Assembly: GCA_963758525.1 (NCBI GenBank)
Contig: CAVWVQ010000003.1
Span: 3,904,001-3,968,000 of the forward strand
Source of the DNA: an uncultured Phycisphaerales bacterium
Lineage (GTDB): Bacteria > Planctomycetota > Phycisphaerae > Tepidisphaerales > Tepidisphaeraceae
Direction: 5' to 3'
DNA: 64,000 bases
Below the pieces are notes generated by a model. The model did not search any database, was not told the DNA's origin, and saw nothing but the letters and a program-made list of their open reading frames with translations. Below, in pieces: positions 63,144 through 64,000 of the stretch; positions within the stretch are counted from its first letter, which is position 1, and each line of letters begins with the position of its first letter. The translations under genes and the position numbers were made by a program.

Positions 63144-64000
63144 TTGAAACGAACGAGCGATCATCACATAGCCGTAATCATCGAAGCACTTGAGTGCCGC
63201 GCGCTGCTCAGCGCCGCTTTTGCATCGACCAGCCTGGATACGACCGCGAAGGCGAGCGCCCAGCATCTCGTGGCCAGCGTAAATGCCTCGGCCGCTCATT
63301 CGCATGTCAAGATCGGGCAGGTTGCCACGCCGATTTCCCAGGCGGCCCCAGGGCTGACCGGAACCTACTATCAGGGAAAAAATTTCCAAACCCAGGTCGC
63401 CCTGCGGACTGACAGCAACGTCGACTTTAATTGGCGAAAAGCATTGCCCCTGTCGCTGAACGGGCCGTTTTCCGCCCACTGGACGGGGCAAATCGTCCCG
63501 CTGTATTCCCAGAAATACAGTTTCACCATTCGTGCCTACTACGGTGTTCGTTTGTGGATCGGCGACCAACTGATCATCAACGACTGGGGCCACATCGGCC
63601 CACGCGTCCGGACGGGTAAGGTGATGCTGCAGGCCGGGCAGAGCTACGACGTCAAACTCGAGTACGACGACACCTCGCGCCGCCATGCGTTCGTGAGATG
63701 GATCTGGTCCAGCGCAAGTCAGAAGAGGCAGATCGTTCCCGCAAATGTGTTGGAGACTTCAGTGCCGGGAGTCGGTTCCAGCCCGGGCGGCGACTCGGGA
63801 GGTTCCACGGGAACCGGGCCGACTGTCGGCTCCGGCAACGGCGATGGCTCAGGAGGTTCCACGGGAACCGGCCCGACCGTTGGCTCCGGCAACGGCGGTG
63901 GCTCGGGAGGTTCCACTGGAACCGGCCAAACCGGCGGCACTGGTCCATCCGCGCCGACGGCGACTTTCGGCGTCAGCGATAGCAGCCCCACTCTCGCCTG
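63144..64000 (+). CDS. Secreted PA14-domain protein with a planctomycete LEPR-XLL-like N-terminus, 3'-truncated by the window edge
   Basis: AAGGAG plus TTG 63144; IEALECRALLS; PA14 motifs GLTGTYY...R.D.NVDFNW...FSAHWTG...GVRLWI...LEY. Frame is open to the end. Confidence 0.8.
   Translation, partial: MKRTSDHHIAVIIEALECRALLSAAFASTSLDTTAKASAQHLVASVNASAAHSHVKIGQVATPISQAAPGLTGTYYQGKNFQTQVALRTDSNVDFNWRKALPLSLNGPFSAHWTGQIVPLYSQKYSFTIRAYYGVRLWIGDQLIINDWGHIGPRVRTGKVMLQAGQSYDVKLEYDDTSRRHAFVRWIWSSASQKRQIVPANVLETSVPGVGSSPGGDSGGSTGTGPTVGSGNGDGSGGSTGTGPTVGSGNGGGSGGSTGTGQTGGTGPSAPTATFGVSDSSPTLA

Overview
A 64-kb, GC-rich bacterial window. It most likely comes from a Planctomycetota (Phycisphaerae-like) genome, inferred from a PVC-type heme/CxxCH protein, a LEPR-XLL-like 'IEALECRALLS' signal, DUF4159, BatA/DUF58 and ECF sigma/anti-sigma genes. 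The left third holds a type I-C-like CRISPR-Cas locus on the minus strand, with an 18-repeat array (31-nt repeat GTCGCTCCCTCACGGGAGCGTGGATTGAAAC) and a canonical-looking cas4-cas1-cas2. Its interference module is highly divergent and reordered (cas5-cas8[internal cas11]-cas7-cas3) and sits right behind a short dead remnant of a canonical I-C cas3, which suggests the effector module was swapped in place. Divergent from it is a BrnT-like toxin/antitoxin plus WYL regulator cassette bracketed by two ~105-bp palindromic direct repeats. The rest is mostly housekeeping: malQ, hpnG/hpnH, rdgB, pdaD/aguA/aguB, holA, fliM, proA, cdaA/cdaR, folP, ftsH, lptE, bamD, recO, tRNA-Lys, argF and argB. Many families of REP/MITE-like and 7-8-mer tandem inverted repeats are interspersed, including a 99-bp CTAG-targeting MITE inserted in frame into the LptE signal peptide. 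About a dozen genes, some essential, carry 1-2 nt frameshifts that look like assembly errors. All protein calls come from motif recognition by eye; no database search was run.
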